Positions 12,590 to 31,288 of a DNA stretch of 64,000 nucleotides are shown in pieces. The DNA is from Paraspadella gotoi. Taxonomy: Eukaryota; Animalia; Chaetognatha. The stretch lies in contig CM119263.1 in the NCBI GenBank assembly GCA_051294375.1, positions 28,743,280 through 28,807,279 on the forward strand. The letters run 5' to 3'. The translations under genes and the position numbers were made by a program. Position 1 is the first letter of the stretch, and each line of letters starts with the position of its first letter. Under the pieces are notes generated by a model. That model did not search any database. It was not told where the DNA came from and saw nothing but the letters and a program-made list of their open reading frames with translations.

Positions 12590-15500
12590 GAAGATCGATA
12601 AAGTGCGCGGAGTACACACAACGGGAGCCAGTGGCGAAACTCGGGGCAGAGCCAAAAGCAGAAAGCGCGAGTATTTTCTAAAACGGGGGGGGCGGGGTCA
12701 GGCGGTCAAGAGGGGAGGGATGGGGGTATGAAGGGAGGCGCGGTGGGGATTTTGGGAAGGGTAAGATGGAAGTTGTACAGGGTGATATTGATCAGGGAGG
12801 ATTGGGCGTATAGAGAGGTATAGGAAAAGTTAAGGGAAGATTTGAGAGTTGGCGATAGTTGAGGGCCTTGATCATTACATATCAATATCTCATTAATCAT
12901 TATATTTGAACGAAAGTTTATTGAAACAAGTATGACACTATGACAGCAGAGTGAAGTGAGTGGGTGAGAGCGAAATGGAAAGGTTGAGTCTGCTTGTTTT
13001 TTGTAACAAACCGTTGGTCTCCTTACAAACGAATGAGATCCTTAGTAAATACAGAACAAAATAAAAGTAATAAACACGTTAAAATAATTCGGCGTTAAGA
13101 GGTAAAGATGCGGACCTTAGAAAGTTTATATCACACTGTTCTATGATGAAGACGACTTGGTCTAAAATGAGTCAATTCTATAGGCATGGGTGTTAGTTAA
13201 TGCTAGTGTAGGTATACCAGTAGTGCACAATACGTGTCGGACTCAACGTAGAGTAGATGCCAATGAGCAATCAAGTGGATAGGTTATTAAGTAGAAGAGT
13301 TACTAGCAGTAGGAATTAGGAAGTATTTAGACGCAGAGTAGATTCAGAAATTTGCCGGTATCAATCGTTAGCCGATATTACTAATTTTGCCTTTCGTTAC
13401 GAAGACAGGAAGCCAAAGAAAAGAAGAAAGAAATGTGCGGACGTTCTTTTTCTCTTGTTCCTTTTTTGGTCGAGTCAGCTTGTCAAGTCGTAGGTCTGTC
13501 AGGGACGGACGGACGGAAGGAGATTTCTAATTACGGCTCGCGAGACTGAATTTCTTCCAGAATTTTTTTTTCCTGTTCTTCTAGTTCGAGAAAGCGTCGG
13601 AAGTTTTTTTTGTTCATCAACAGTTCGTTAGATGAGTCTTGGAAGTGGAAAAGATATTAAATAATAAATCTTGAGATGCCTGAGCTTAAGAATGATAAAT
13701 TGGAGATGGCAAGACCTTGAATAATAATATTGAGGTTATGGGCTGAACTTTGATGACAATCTTGAAAGCGGCTGAGAATGTTTGTAAATGTCGAATCTAG
13801 AGAGTTCTGAACTTTGAAGTGATAAATCTGAGATGGCGTGAGACTTAGATTGATAAATCTTGAGATGGCTGAGACTTTGAATGATAGATTCTTGAGTATG
13901 GCTTCTGACGACTCTTCACACCACTCCCCGATACACTCTGAGCACTGCCGCACGACGATTCGCATCATCAAGACGATGAATGAATAGAATGCGTCAGATG
14001 ACAGAAGTTACTTGCGCCGCTGTAAGCTCTGACCTCTGCAGTCAAGTTTGCCGACAGGATAAGAATTTGATAACCGGACTGAATTGATTATAGGTTTTGA
14101 CCATCACTCTGGAGTAAGGAGTCTTCGCCCGATCAGGACGCAGACAACCGCACGAAACAACTACAAAGTGCGCGGGTAAGTGAACTGATGAGACGACGAC
14201 GACGACGCGACGCGGAAAAACGGCAATTCCGTCACCAATAACGACGACAATAAACAACCAGGAAAAAACAATTAAAACGAAAACGAGTTTTACGAACGTC
14301 AACTCGGCTCCAAAAAAAAAAAAAAAATTACTTGATCAAAGAAATGATATTTTTTTAACCTTGTTAATTTAGCTTATCTTTTTTGTGAGACCATTTGTGT
14401 AGCTTCCAGTATTCATCATTCACCTCTTTCGACTCTTTTTTATTCACCATTTTCACTGACAAACCAGAGCAAAGGTTGCTTCACACTTTACGACATCCTG
14501 GTCGTGAACTTTAACAACATCCGGTGTCAATCGTAGAGAGCGATTCGAGTCTGAAGATCTCGTCTTTTCTTTCGCTCCTCTTTTCAGTCCTCTTCTTTCG
14601 CTCCTCTTTCAGCTCTCTTCCTTACCCTCTGCCTCCTTCTCCTCATCAGATTCAACACGCGACACTCCAACACGGTTTGCAAGCTATTGAGGTGCGTGAT
14701 GATATAGGAGAGGTGGGGTCAGTGGGATGGGTGGTCCAGGTGGTAGCATGACGCTCCGTATGTCGTGATCTAAATAGGTCGATTGAGCAGGGGCTGCGTG
14801 ACGACGGAGCGTCCTGGTTTGGTGTCACGAATGGGTCAGGTAACGAGTATCTCCTGAGCGTGTACGTCTTATCCACGTGGGAGCGGGTGTACGTTTGTAG
14901 AGTTCGTACAACATCACCAGGGCGCCCACGGCGTTCCGACACGGAATGCCGCGCCGGGTCGGCTTGCAGGGTCAGGTCTCAACGTTGAAAACCCACGAGA
15001 CTTGGTAATCAGTCTTCGTCATCGGTCATAATTGTCGTCGTTGTTGTCGTTGACCTTAATCCTCCTCTTATTCATGCTTTCGTGGCGGTCTTTTTTCTCA
15101 ACGAATAAAGTTGTGGACCCAAAAGTGTTTCTTCACTTCAGTTGAACCTCGAATTTCTCTGACGACTACTTTAACTAGCCGACTTGACGGAGCGACCGAA
15201 ACGACCCGATGAATGCACCAGTTATTTTCTCGCACCCTTCTCGTCGCGGACCGACCGACCATCGTTTAATTTCTTCGAACGCGCTGAAGTCAACATTCCG
15301 CGCGCGACGCGTGCAGACGGTCGAAGGCGTAGTGAAAAGTTACGTACCGAAAATTCTAAAGGTCAATTATGAATACATCATCCATCAGTGGAGCATTAAA
15401 TTTGTAAAAAACAATTAATTTATGTTTTTTAATTTTCGCAGTAGCTATATTTTATGATGATAGAGTACTATCCTTAATAGAAATCGAAAAATTTCAAATA

Positions 15501-18500
15501 GCTTTTCTAATTTTGATTGCAGATTTGAATCCTCGTCAAAGTTGAATCAAAGAAATATAAATGCATTTTAAAATTTCTTTCACTTAGTGGTTAAAAATTA
15601 CAAAAAACTTATATTAATATATAGAAAATTAAATTTCGAGGACTTAAAATATAGCTTTTTCTAATTTTTGACTCACTTAATGAAGGAATTTTTTAAAAAG
15701 AGTTATATGTTCTTTTATAAACTTTTTCGATGACAGAATCAAATCTGCAAAGAAATCTCCTTAGATAGAACTGTTTGAAATTTTAACATTTATTGGATTA
15801 TAGTTTACTAGTATAAGATTGGCTCACTGCGTAAATTTGTAAAATCTATTATAATGTTTGTTTTTATTACATAAATGTTGATTTAAGTATAGATGGTTGT
15901 TCGTTTCTCTGACTTTAGAATTTTAATTAAAGTTAAATTTAGAACATTTTACTACGAGCTTAAGTGCAGGGGGAGTATCGAGGTCGTGGCGTTTATCCTG
16001 GAAACCGGCCGTCCCGCGGCGAGCGCGGGTCCGAGTCTCGATATCGGTTGGAAGGTCGAGAAGTCCCAGTGTCCCTCTTTTTATAGTCCTAAGCGTGCTA
16101 TTTATGTCTGCCACAGTCTTTTACAGTCTTTCACAGTCTTTCATAGGCCGCCAGTAGACCTCCCTCATGTCAATTACACGTCACGCGGATAACCTCGCCA
16201 GTCGCCACTGCGTCTGGAGACAAGGGATTTCCCTCCCTCCATCTCCTCCTTCTTCTCCTTCTCCTCCCTTCCTCATTCGCAATATTCAATTTGCTCTCGA
16301 ATCAAGTTTCCCTTTTTCTCCGGAAATCCTCTTCTTCAACTTTTCAGAGGCAATGACAGTGAGATAGCGGCGGAGAAAGGAAGCTGCATCTTTGAGGCAA
16401 CTGAATAGGTTATATACTATGAACGGGACGAAATCAAGACTACAATGAAATTGTACAACGGTACAACCAATATCACAGTTAAATTCAATTGATTTTAAAT
16501 AACGTTAACTAAGCTAGAGAGAGAGAGAAGAAGTGGGTTAGCGACAAAAAGTTATGAATTCTTACACGTATGTGTGGTATAAATTTTATTATGATTTTAT
16601 ATCGCATTACATTAATTAATACCTGATTGCAATTCCTTTTGATCTCGAATGGCACCTAAGGTGAATTCATCGCATCCCTGGCCATCGAGGAAAAACAAAG
16701 AGTGAAAAAATGGATCTTTAAGCGCGGGAGTAGCCAGTCGGCCTCTGTCCTTGCTCGCCCCCTTCCTCCTCCACAGCACCGCCCACCTGATTCGAAATTG
16801 TTCTTTTTATTTCCTTACCCTTCCCCCTACCCACCCACGCACCCAACTACCCACCCACCAAACAATCGGGTGATCAGAAGGCGTCCAAGCTGATCACAAT
16901 CAATGATTCCCTTTTGTTTTATATTCACTTCCGTTGGATTTCACCGACGGAGGAGACGAAAAAAGACGAAGGCGTCGCCATCTCTCCTTAATCTAGGGAC
17001 TCAACGGGGATTTTTCTCCATAATTTCTCGACAGGAGAGACGAGAGAGCAGAGAGAGAGAGAGAGAGAAGTAGAGATGAGAGAGAGGAGGAGAGAGAGAG
17101 AGAAGAGAGAGAGAAGAGAGAGAGAGAGAGATAAGAGAACTAGCTGAAACTATCGTCCGGTGGATTTCGTTATGCGGTGTAGACGAGTATTATTGCGGAT
17201 CGTTTTAAAACGAAGAAAAGTTATTGGGTTTCGATCTACTTCTTTTTTATTAACTATTTTGTTCTTTTTTTTTTTTTTTCAGCCTGCGCCGCAACACACG
17301 TTGGAATCTCTCGTTCTTGTCTTTAAATGTGTTTCTAAATCTATTTTTAAAATCGATTTATAAGGAATGGACTTGTTTGTCTCTTATTATCTTATCTTAT
17401 TGATATTATTTCTCTCTCTCGTCTCTCTCTCTCTCCTTAATATGTAAACGTTGTACTCAGAAAGACCCCCGCAGCATCATTTAAGCTCTTTTGAATCTTT
17501 CTTTTTCCCTTCTCTGAGTTCATTTCTTTATCTCTATAGTATCTTTCCTTTACACTTTATATATCACGGGCAGGGCACATTCGCACGCAACGCCCGCACT
17601 CCACCGCTTCAGGATCTAAGTGCCATTTTCTCCCTTGTAAGCCATTTCTTTTTCAATTTTCTCTTCCTTTTCAATTTTTTTTTTGTTCTCAATTAGTCGA
17701 GATTGAATCGATGCTTTTTGTTTTTTTTTCTCTTGACTTCAATTAATTTCCGACGACCTCTAACGACGACTATTTTTTTGTTTACTTTTGCGTTTGTCTG
17801 GTTGGACGCGAAGTTTGTCTTCTTTTTGTTTCTTTACATCTCGTACATTCCTACTTTTTATTTATTGTTTACGCACTACCATCATTTATGTTTTTTATTA
17901 ATTCTTAAAAAATTTTTTTTTCTTTTTGTTTATATATTTCGACGAGAAAGAAAATTATTTAAATCTCACTCTATTTCTTTTCTTTTCCTCTCTTTTCCTT
18001 TTCTTTCTCCCTTTATTTCTCTTTTCTTTCTCCCTTTACACTTTTCGCTCCTTAATTTTTTCTTCTTCATCAATTTATTTCAAAAGCCCAAAACATTCAA
18101 TCTCATCCGAACCGTCAGCCGAATATGATCCATAGCGCTTGAGTAGAGAAAGTCTCTCTCCTCTCTCTCAGCATCACTCTCTCATCATAGTTCTCTCTCT
18201 ATCTCTCAATCTCTCGTCACTTCTCTCTGTCCTCTCTCTCGTCTTACACTGCCTGGTTCCTTTCTCACGTGCCACCACGTTTTCCTGCATCAAGTGTGCG
18301 CGACTGTGGTGAATAACGAAGGTCGATTGAAAGCGGGGCCAACAGCCGCCGCGCGCCGCCGCGCGCCGCAGCCGCACTGGACCCGCACAGAATCATGAGT
18401 CTTTGCGGGCGCGAGCGTTTGTTTCGGTTTTCACGTCCGCCATTAGCGGCGAAGCTGCCCGAGATGCGAGATCGTCCACCGTATTGTGCGATCCTCGTTC

Positions 18501-19942
18501 TCATCTGCTGTGTAGTCATATGAATGTTTTGTTACGACTCTGAATCTATGTATCTTTGTATTTTCGATCTTTATTTCTCTCTTTTCTTTCTTTCTTTTTA
18601 TTATCGGTTCTTTGTGATCACTTAGTTATGCACGCTATGTTATTCTTTCTTTTTTTCTTTATTTCTCTTTCTTTCTTTCTGTTCTTTTCTTTCTTTCTTT
18701 CTTTTCTTTTTTTTTTTTTCTATGTCTTTCTTTCTTTCTTTCTTTCTTTCCGTTTCTTTGACTTGTCTTCTTTCTTTCTTTCTTTTCTTGTCTTTCTTAT
18801 CATCATCCCATATTTTTTTAAATCTTTTTCACCTTTTTTATTTCATTTTAGACTCGACTACTTTTTTTTCTTTCTTTCTTGTCTTATAATCTTTCCTCTT
18901 TCTCTCTCTCTTCTCTCTCTTCTTCTCGTCTCATCCATCTCTCTCTTCTCTCTCTCTCTTCGTCTCACTCTCTCTTCGTCTCTCAACCTGCTCTCTTCCT
19001 CTCTCTCTCAGTCTTGGTTTGACGTCCGTCCGATAGCGATCTCTCATAAAGCTTCCAAGTTTCTGGTCTTGGTCTTTGCACCCCGTCTATGAACACAAAC
19101 AAGCGACCCGCAGACTCGGTCCATCCTCAAAAAACTCATCGAGTCTTTCGGGTTTCAGTTTTTCTTATAATACTTAACCTCTTTTCTTTAAATTGGTGAG
19201 GCCATCTTGACACTAGTATTTGACAAAAATACCAAAATCATTCTTTCACAATGAAATATTCTCTCAAACAGATTATTCCTCTATCATACTATCTTTCCTC
19301 AATAACAATCCTTATCTTCCGCAACACATCCTTGCAGGGTTTCCTCACAATAAACATCTTTCCTCCAACAATATTAATCTTCTTCCTCACATACAATCCT
19401 TCTTTCTCACAATCAAAATATCAATTACAATACACTTCTTTCCTCATGAATACAATCTTCTTTTCCTCCAGCAAAACTCTTCTTTCCTCAACATCAAATA
19501 TTTTTCCTCACAATTATCAATTTCTTTCTCTCACAAAAACAATCTTCATTCCTCACAATCAAATATCCTTCTCCTAATTTACAATCCTCCAAACAATCTT
19601 CTTTCCCACAAATTTCTCACAATCCAACTTCATGGATACGTTCTTTCCATCCTATGGCCAGAGTTCCATATCTTTTCAACCGGCCATCTTTTTTTTTCCG
19701 GTCAGACATTTTTTTGGTCGTGTTCGCGCGATGCGGAAGAAAGCACGCCACAAATCCGCTTTGTTGTGTGTTCTCTTCGCCCCCAAACTTTATACATATG
19801 TCTCTCTCTCTCTCTCTCTCTCTGTCCCTCTCTACACTCGCTTCTTCTTCTCTCAAATCTTCTCTCTCTCCTCTCTTCTCCTTCCCCCCGGAGGATCGCC
19901 TCCAAGGATCAATCCTCCTCTTTTTCTCTCATAAGCGGAGAA
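12590..19942. repeat. Duplicated block A, copy 2 (carries an extra ~640-bp insertion)
   Basis: Same landmarks in the same order as 2700-9775. The offset is ~9.9 kb before and ~10.2-10.3 kb after the 15320-15963 insertion. Confidence 0.9.
15320..15963. mobile_element. ~640-bp AT-rich MITE-like insertion (possibly hAT-type), absent from block A copy 1
   Basis: The flanks join directly in copy 1 (~5660-5700). Imperfect terminal inverted repeats: left CGTAGTGAAAAGTT...AAAATTCTAAAGGTCA (15328-15365) vs reverse complement of right end CGTAGTAAAATGTT...AAAATTCTAAAGTCA (15910-15956). GTGCAG occurs on both flanks (15311, 15964) as a candidate TSD core. Confidence 0.6.
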
Positions 19943-20523
19943 GTTGTAACCTGAATAGCAACGATACGTTTAAGAGTTCCTGCCTCACGGAAAAACTAGA
20001 CTTTTACGCTTCCCAGTTTATGTGAGTCACAGATTTTTGTGAATTCGCGTGAAAAGGTAAGTCGTTGCTCAGAAGTGGAGGAGAAAAGGAGAAAAGTTTG
20101 GAGAAAATATAACATGAAAAGCGTTTTGAATTTGTGCGTGCGTGTTGAAGAATTTTAATCCATTATTTAATATAATACTTTATGTTCGTTCATTACTGTT
20201 TCTCTGTTTCCTTGACTGTTCAGTATTCACGCGCAATTAATGAGGATTTATTTTCAAAATATTAAATATAAAACCGACTTTGGCTCTGTCCGTAAATGCA
20301 GGGCGTTTTATACCGCCACAGCGTTTTCAATTTTTGATCCAAATGAGTTGTTGATTACAGATAAGATTAAAAAGGAAAATGAAAAAAAAACACGAAAAAT
20401 AAGAAAATTCACCAAAAAAATACAGAGAAAAAACCCAAGAAAAATACCCAAAAAATATAGAAAGNNNNNNNNNNAAAGAAAAGAAAAAAACTACCCAAAA
20501 AAGTTTGCCCTCCCCCAACTCAC

Positions 20524-21432
20524 CTGGAAGGGTCGCGGCTGGAAATGAGGCTTTTTCGCGGCTGCCTCCCGGCCGTCCATGCAGGGGGCTGAGGCAACCC
20601 CGGGGGGGCGTCCCCATGGGGCGGTGGTGGTAGCGTTAAAGGCAGAGGGGTTTCCAGATGCGGCTGTCTCCCGCCGAGGGTCGTTGAGCGAAGGAGATGA
20701 TGGGGCTGTGGAGATCGATGAAGGAGTTGATGCTGCTGGAGGAGGAGATTCCCGTGTTGATGGGGCGGGTGATGTTGCTGTTGAGGAAGATGATTGTGTG
20801 GATGAAGAAGATGAGGATGATGAAGATGATGACGATGATGATGACGATGACGAAGATGATCCAACTGCGTCTCCGCCTTCTTCTCGCCGATCGCGGTCGT
20901 GGGCGGCGGCGGCGGCGTCGCCGGCAGCGGCGGCGGAGCGGCGTCGTGGAACGGGAAGCGCGCCAAGTCGCCCTGGCGACGAGCGGCGCCCGCCTCGGCC
21001 GTCTCCGTCGGCGTCGGCGGCGCCGCTTCCTCGCCCGGCGCGACCGCCGCGCCGGACTCTTCTTCGCCCGGCGCGAACGGCGTCCCTTCCCGAATCCATT
21101 TCCGGATTCCGTCGTCGCGTGAAACTCTGTCGGGAAGCGAAGACAATGGGAGACTCTCCTCCCCCGCGGGTTGCGCGTCTGGCCCTGGGAGAGGGAGAGG
21201 GAGAAGGGGAGAGGGAGAAGGGGAGAGGGAGAAGGGGAGGGGGAGAGAAACTAAAATATAGAATAATATTTTTCAATATTATGATATAATTTCATCGCAA
21301 ACATTCATTCTTTCATTTAGCTTCTTTCGTTCATTTAATTCATTTATTCATAGTTAATTCATTCAAGGATTTTCGCTTTATTAAAATATATGTTAGATTG
21401 ACTGATTGACTTAAATATATATTTTTTTTAAT

Positions 21433-21511
<79 letters not shown>

Positions 21512-21690
21512 TAGATTGATCGGAAACCAGAATGATAAACTGATTGATTTGATTGATTTGATTGATTTGATTGATGATTAGATGATTAATTGATTGATGA
21601 TTGACAAATCGATCGCTCACCACCGCTGCTGATGCAAGTCCCTCCATTATTCAATCTAGGGTCCATCGATGGGATTTGATCCATCGGCAT
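20524..21690 (-). CDS. Two exons (21621-21690; 20524-21184) encoding a Pro/His-rich segment; candidate alternative PAS-less N-terminus of the ERG gene, or the start of a separate gene
   Basis: ATG at 21690 gives MPMDQIPSMDPRLNNGGTCISSG, then a GTGAG donor (phase 1). A CAG acceptor at 21185-21187 continues in frame GPDAQPAGEESLPLSSLPDRVSRDDGIRKWIREGTPF...HHHRHHLHHPH...RDPS to a GTGAG donor at 20519-20523 (phase 2). This frame has strong GC3 bias. Confidence 0.55.
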
Positions 21691-21835
21691 GAAAGGCGGC
21701 GCCTCGGGTCACGTGAACGTCACAGATGGCGCGATGATTCGGACGGAAGTCGGTTAGACTCGCGGACCTGGATGGAAAGGTGGGCGTGGTGGAAGTTGTG
21801 GTGAGGAATGGGTAGGATGACAAGGATAATCAAGA

Positions 21836-21872
<37 letters not shown>

Positions 21873-22149
21873 AAAGAATTGTGTGGATGGATTGTGGCTT
21901 GTGGAATATGTAATTCCAAAGTTAAATCTATTGCATGGATATGGATTAATTTTGCTCAGAAGAATGCAGTTTAAATGAAAATTCGTTTTAAAATGTTATT
22001 TCATGTAAAATTGGCTGAAGGAAAATATACAACGCTCTAATGTAACCTTGATACAAAAATCCTGAAGAACAAAATCTCGATGTATAAAATTGAAGGAAAT
22101 CTCGCTAAACACCAACCGCCGGAGGAGAGAGAGAGAGAAGAGAGGAAAG

Positions 22150-22200
<51 letters not shown>

Positions 22201-22853
22201 AGGAGAGAGAGAGAGGAGAGAGAGAGAGAGAGTGGAAAATTAATGGAAAAAACAACAAAAAGAAATCGTTTTTCCCTCGAGAAAAGAAAGGAAGGTGAGG
22301 AAAAGGGAAAAAACTAAGACGCGACACGAAACGCAAACAAAAGCATAAAAAACAAAAGACGATTGTAAACAAACAAAAGACGCGATTGTAACAAACAAAA
22401 ACTTCTGATGGACGTTTACCCTCTTGTGTACAGCAATAAAAGGCGTTCAGTATCGATACATATGTGTACCAAAGAACCAAAGAAAATGTAAAATATTTTA
22501 AACGCCAGTGAATAAGATATGAATGAAATGAATGAATGAATATGAATGAATGAAATGAATAATGAATGATAAATAAATAAATAAATAAATAATAAATAAA
22601 TAAATAAATAAAAAATAAACAAATAAATGAAACAAAAATGAACAAATAAATAAATAAATAAATAAATAATAAATAAAAATAAATAAATAATAAATTAAAT
22701 AAATAAATAAATAAATAAATAATAATAAAATAATAAATAAATAAATAAATAAATAAATAAAAAATAAATAATAATAATAAATAAAATAATAAATTAATTA
22801 ATAATTACTTAATTAATTAAATAATTAAATTAAATTAATTAATAAATACTGAC

Positions 22854-27905
<5,052 letters not shown>

Positions 27906-28681
27906 TTTTTTGTGTATAAACTATAAAGAGAGAGATTTCAAAATGTTCCTCACTGTATTTCTCAAAAATAATAGTTTTGGTTTTCATTTACGAACGTGAC
28001 ACAATCAGAGAAGGGCGTTTAATAAAAAGTATTTTACCCCTTGATTGGACAGCAAAGATGCGTCCTTTATATCAATATAATATATTTAGAAAAAAATAAG
28101 TTTTTTGTTATATTATTTTAAAAATGGAGGTATTGCAAGAACGCATCTTTCAAAAAATTGGTGCTTTACAACAGCCAAAATGTCAGTCAGTCAAAGGCAG
28201 ATTCGACAATTGGCTGCAACTGATGCCTTCTTTTCTTTTTGCCACGCAAATAAAAAAAAATCGAAAATTGATTCACAACAGCGAATTGTTACGACTGTCT
28301 ATGAGGGCGGACGGGACGCCCGATATCGTGATGCTAACGGTTGACATTTTTGTGCGAACTATACGGTCCAACGTCGTAAAAGAGTATTCTTGTACTAATT
28401 AGTGAGGCTAATGTTAGTACCGAATCTAATCCCTATTATGGCAGGGTGTTAAATGTGTACAATTTTCTCCAAATTCATCGTTTTTTGATATTTATTTATA
28501 ATTACGTACTGAAATTGTTTAACTCGGAGATTTATCATTCACATTTTTTTTAAAATTTGTGTATACTTTAATCAATGTAATTAATATCGAATAAAAAAAG
28601 CCTAACCACACCAATTGTTTTTTTGCAAGAGACCTTAAGGTGAAGAAACGATCGTTGGAGATCATTCGATTGGCCCACGCC

Positions 28682-28771
<90 letters not shown>

Positions 28772-28840
28772 TTCAAGCGAAATTGGCCAGTTGAGGGGTT
28801 GATAAGCATTGACCAGGAGGGAGAGGGTAAAAGGAGAGAG

Positions 28841-28922
<82 letters not shown>

Positions 28923-30734
28923 AGAGAGAGAGAGAAAGTACATAGCTCATGAGAGCAACTCACTTTTGAAATTCTTGTTTCTGACATCGATCTGAGTGGA
29001 GTCTGTGAGTCTTCGTAGTTGATGATGAAGAGAATGACGTCACCATTTTCGTTTTTCACCGGAAGCTAATAGAACGCTGCACAGAAATTTGCTCCACTAT
29101 GGGCGAGAGGGAATGGAGAGAGAGAAGGGAGAGAAGAACAGAGAGAGAGAGAGACGGGGTATTTTGAGAGGAAAGGGAGCCTGGATATTTGATATTTTCT
29201 TTTATATTTTATTAATTTATAATTAAAAAGTTTACATTAATATGCTACAATAAGTTATTTGATTTTAACATACTGTGCTTTCTGAAGTTTTTGGCGGTCA
29301 AAAACTTTCTCCAAAAAAACGCATAATTCAAATTCATTGGTACTTGATTGCACAGCACTTTTCAAAAAACGGCAATTTACGTCATCCTTCATTTACGGGG
29401 CATTCGCTTCCATTCCAAGCATTCAGCGCATATCCTGTCATCCCTCGGCCATTTGGGGCATTCCCTCTCATTCGCGGCATTTACCGTCTTTCTTGTAGTA
29501 AAGTATTTTAGCTTGCGTCTCCTCGTTTACCCTGCAGCGCCAATTACGAATGCGGCGGAGGGCGACGAACACAGTCAATCGGCCCCTGCAGAAAATCACA
29601 AGTCGCCGGTTTTTCTGCATGACTTTCTGAAAAAAAGGATACAAAAGAGCAGCGATGAATGGCGAAAAAATGAGGACGAGTACGACGAAATAGCAGTTTG
29701 ATTTTTTAAAATAAAACAGAGATTATGATTTTTTGTAGGAAATAGAAACATTGTAAATATGCTCAAGGCGGTGGCAGTTTTGTAGCTTAAATTTTTAAAA
29801 AAAAAGAACACTATATTATTACGATTATTGTTTTATTATATTAATAATTTAATTTATCTCTAACCTCTGCGCGAGAGTAGCCGGAAATGGTCGCAAAAAG
29901 CCATCGTTGCCAGAAGATGACTGGACAATTGATCACTTGAGCTTTGGCTATCACGAAAAGTTACGGTCTGCGCCAACGGAGAGAGAGAGAGAGAGAGAAA
30001 GAGAGAGGAAGAGAGAGAGAGAAGAGAGAGAGAGAAGAAAGAGAAAGAGAAAGAGAGAGAGAGAGAGAGAGAAAAAAGGAAATTTTATCGTTCCAACATA
30101 ATTTTTTTTTTTAAATGAACGATTTATTAACTAGATTTGTCGGCACCGTTTTTAGCGTCTGTGTGTTAGGAAATCTATTAATAGAAACAACTAGAAAACT
30201 TCGACTACTTTCTAACTCGTGAAAATAAACGCAATCAAGCAGTTTTGCACCATCGCTCAATCGTGATAAATTTAGCGCTTGTCCGCTCAAAAAAATTCTT
30301 CTTCTCATTCCCGTCCAGTCCCCCCCCACGGTGCCTCAGACCTCCAGGAAAAAAAAATTTTCAAAATCGAGCGAAAAAAGTCATGTCATCGATTTTGATT
30401 TTGAAATAGGTTAACTGATTAAGTAGAAGGTCTGCGGCTTTTTTAACCAGAAAAGATCGCTAAATACTCGTATACCTTTCTTTCTTTCTCTTTTACTTTT
30501 CTTTACTCCTCTAAAATAAATTTATTTTTTTATTTGGCCAACTGCCATTTTCTTATACTTTGGTCAATTGTCATAAAATGATACGGCGTTCGAAAAGCTG
30601 ATTGTCCCCCTGAATATGTACTAAGGACAAATGTTATATTTTTCATACATAATAAAGTAATCTAATTTTTTTCTTAACATACTTCATGTATTTTGCATTA
30701 AAAAATTTTTACAAAAACATTTTTTTACTTTTAT

Positions 30735-31275
30735 GTCACTCGTTTAACCAGGTTTATCTCTGCTGGTATTATCCATGGTTTTATTAGAATAAAGGAAGGT
30801 TAACTTTAGTCTGTGTCTGATGCGATTCATTGCGATTTTGCAAATTAAGAGAGAATTTGATTTTTTCCAATGAAGGTATTCAACCAATAGAAATTCGCCA
30901 AATATATAAGAAATTAACTACGTTTCAAGAATTTAAAATTTTTCTTGCCAGTTTACTCGTTTAAACAGGTTTAATTATATTTAAAAATTGATAATAGTTT
31001 TATTAGTTAGAATTGGTTTTTGCTTATATGGTCTGTTGCGGTTTTTTTGCGGTTTTGAGTTTAAAGGGAGAAATATGCCTTTACCAGTGACAAGTCAAAC
31101 ATCAAACAACAAAGAAAAGAACTAGGTTTTCGAATTTTCCTATCTGACTTTGATTGTATTGGTTTACGCCAGGTTTATCTTAATAAGAATTAATATTCTG
31201 GTTGAACAGTTGCTTTAGGTTTACATTGATGTCAGGTTAATGGGGTTTTAGCGATTTTTAGTTTTAAGAAAGAAA
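30735..31275. repeat. Three diverged ~210-bp internal repeats of the element
   Basis: GTTTA(A/C)(C/A/G)(C)CAGGTTTA at ~30742, ~30959 and ~31162, each followed ~90 nt later by a GCG(A/G)TTTT...AAG..AGAA motif (~30832, ~31049, ~31250). Confidence 0.6.
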
Positions 31276-31288
31276 ACAAAGGTGTGTG

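Noticed and set aside
17570-17635. CGRCVRMCP ferredoxin-like motif on the minus strand
   Set aside because: Seen in one noisy copy only. The other copy (~7420-7490) does not give it and the frame is uncertain.
20579-21289. 236-aa acidic plus-strand ORF
   Set aside because: Antisense shadow of the GC-rich minus-strand exon, which has the proper splice signals.
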